NCBI GenBank assembly: GCA_030141605.1 | Contig: JAQGDQ010000326.1 | Span: forward strand, 1-64,000 | Origin: Tubiluchus corallicola | Taxonomy: Eukaryota; Animalia; Priapulida | Direction: 5' to 3' | DNA length: 64,000 nucleotides | Part shown: positions 63,394-64,000 of the stretch, piece by piece | Layout of the letters: the number at the start of each line of letters is the position of its first letter | Position numbering within the stretch: the first letter of the stretch is position 1 | The notes under the pieces: generated by a model | What the model saw: only the letters and a program-made list of their open reading frames with translations | Database searches by the model: none | What the model was told of the DNA's origin: nothing | Program-made: the position numbers and the translations under genes

Positions 63394-64000
63394 CTATAAT
63401 AAACAAAAAGAGACAATAGCAATAACGGCTCATTTATTACAGAAAACAAGTAAAAGCTGTCTCACACCAAGATTACATAAGAATTGTGCCTGAAATATTC
63501 AATGTTTTTCCTTTTATGCTTATATTTGCAATTCAAAGCAATGTGTCGCAATTTTAAACATAAAAATTTGATGATAAAAACTAACTAGGGGAGTAATTAT
63601 CCACAGAGGGGTGTAGTTGTCTTGATGGAGATGATTTATCCGGAAGGAGGTGAAAATTACAGCACATGTTCTATTTTTCTTTAAAATATATTGAATATCT
63701 ATGAAAGACACAGAAAAACAAAACCACAGTCAGGTAGTGTATCTGAACCTTAGATCCTTATACAGACAGAAATCGAAGTTTAATTACTAAGGAACAAAAC
63801 TTTAAATGTGGCCGAGTTATACTGTGTGCGATTATACTTTAATACTCATTTCTTTAAAAATTATAAAAAAATTCCAATTTGCAGGAATAGACCCAAAATC
63901 AGTAGGCACTGATGTTGACTCATACTTTGCCCCTATGTACAAATTAAACATCCCAGATTACTCCACGGCCGATAAAAAGTGGCGATAAAAAAGACAGGCA

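Overview
AT-rich genomic DNA from an animal, with spliceosomal GT-AG introns. The CAF1 and FIP200 sequences look protostome/arthropod-like, but that assignment is inference. I assembled five multi-exon genes by eye from splice sites, exon phase and recalled protein motifs: the 5' part of ETFDH (minus, runs off the left edge), complete VPS37A (minus), complete CNOT7/CAF1 (plus, head-to-head with VPS37A as in human), a complete ~637-aa type I membrane protein of the carboxylesterase/cholinesterase fold (plus), and the 3' end of RB1CC1/FIP200 (minus, runs off the right edge). Introns and spacers hold many transposon relics: two inverted copies of one CR1/L2-group LINE (one nearly full length), other LINE fragments (CR1, L2, RTE), a pogo/Tigger relic, several MITEs, tRNA-derived SINE-like heads, foldback elements and microsatellites. 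The most notable observation is that the cholinesterase-like protein has lost its nucleophile elbow (GxSxG) by a clean in-frame deletion but keeps the triad Glu and His, a transmembrane helix and a PDZ-type tail. It is a candidate neuroligin-like adhesion or receptor pseudoenzyme of independent origin. Other leads are a candidate poison exon in FIP200, a foldback with hammerhead-ribozyme-like cores, and clustered uORFs in CNOT7. No database searches were run.
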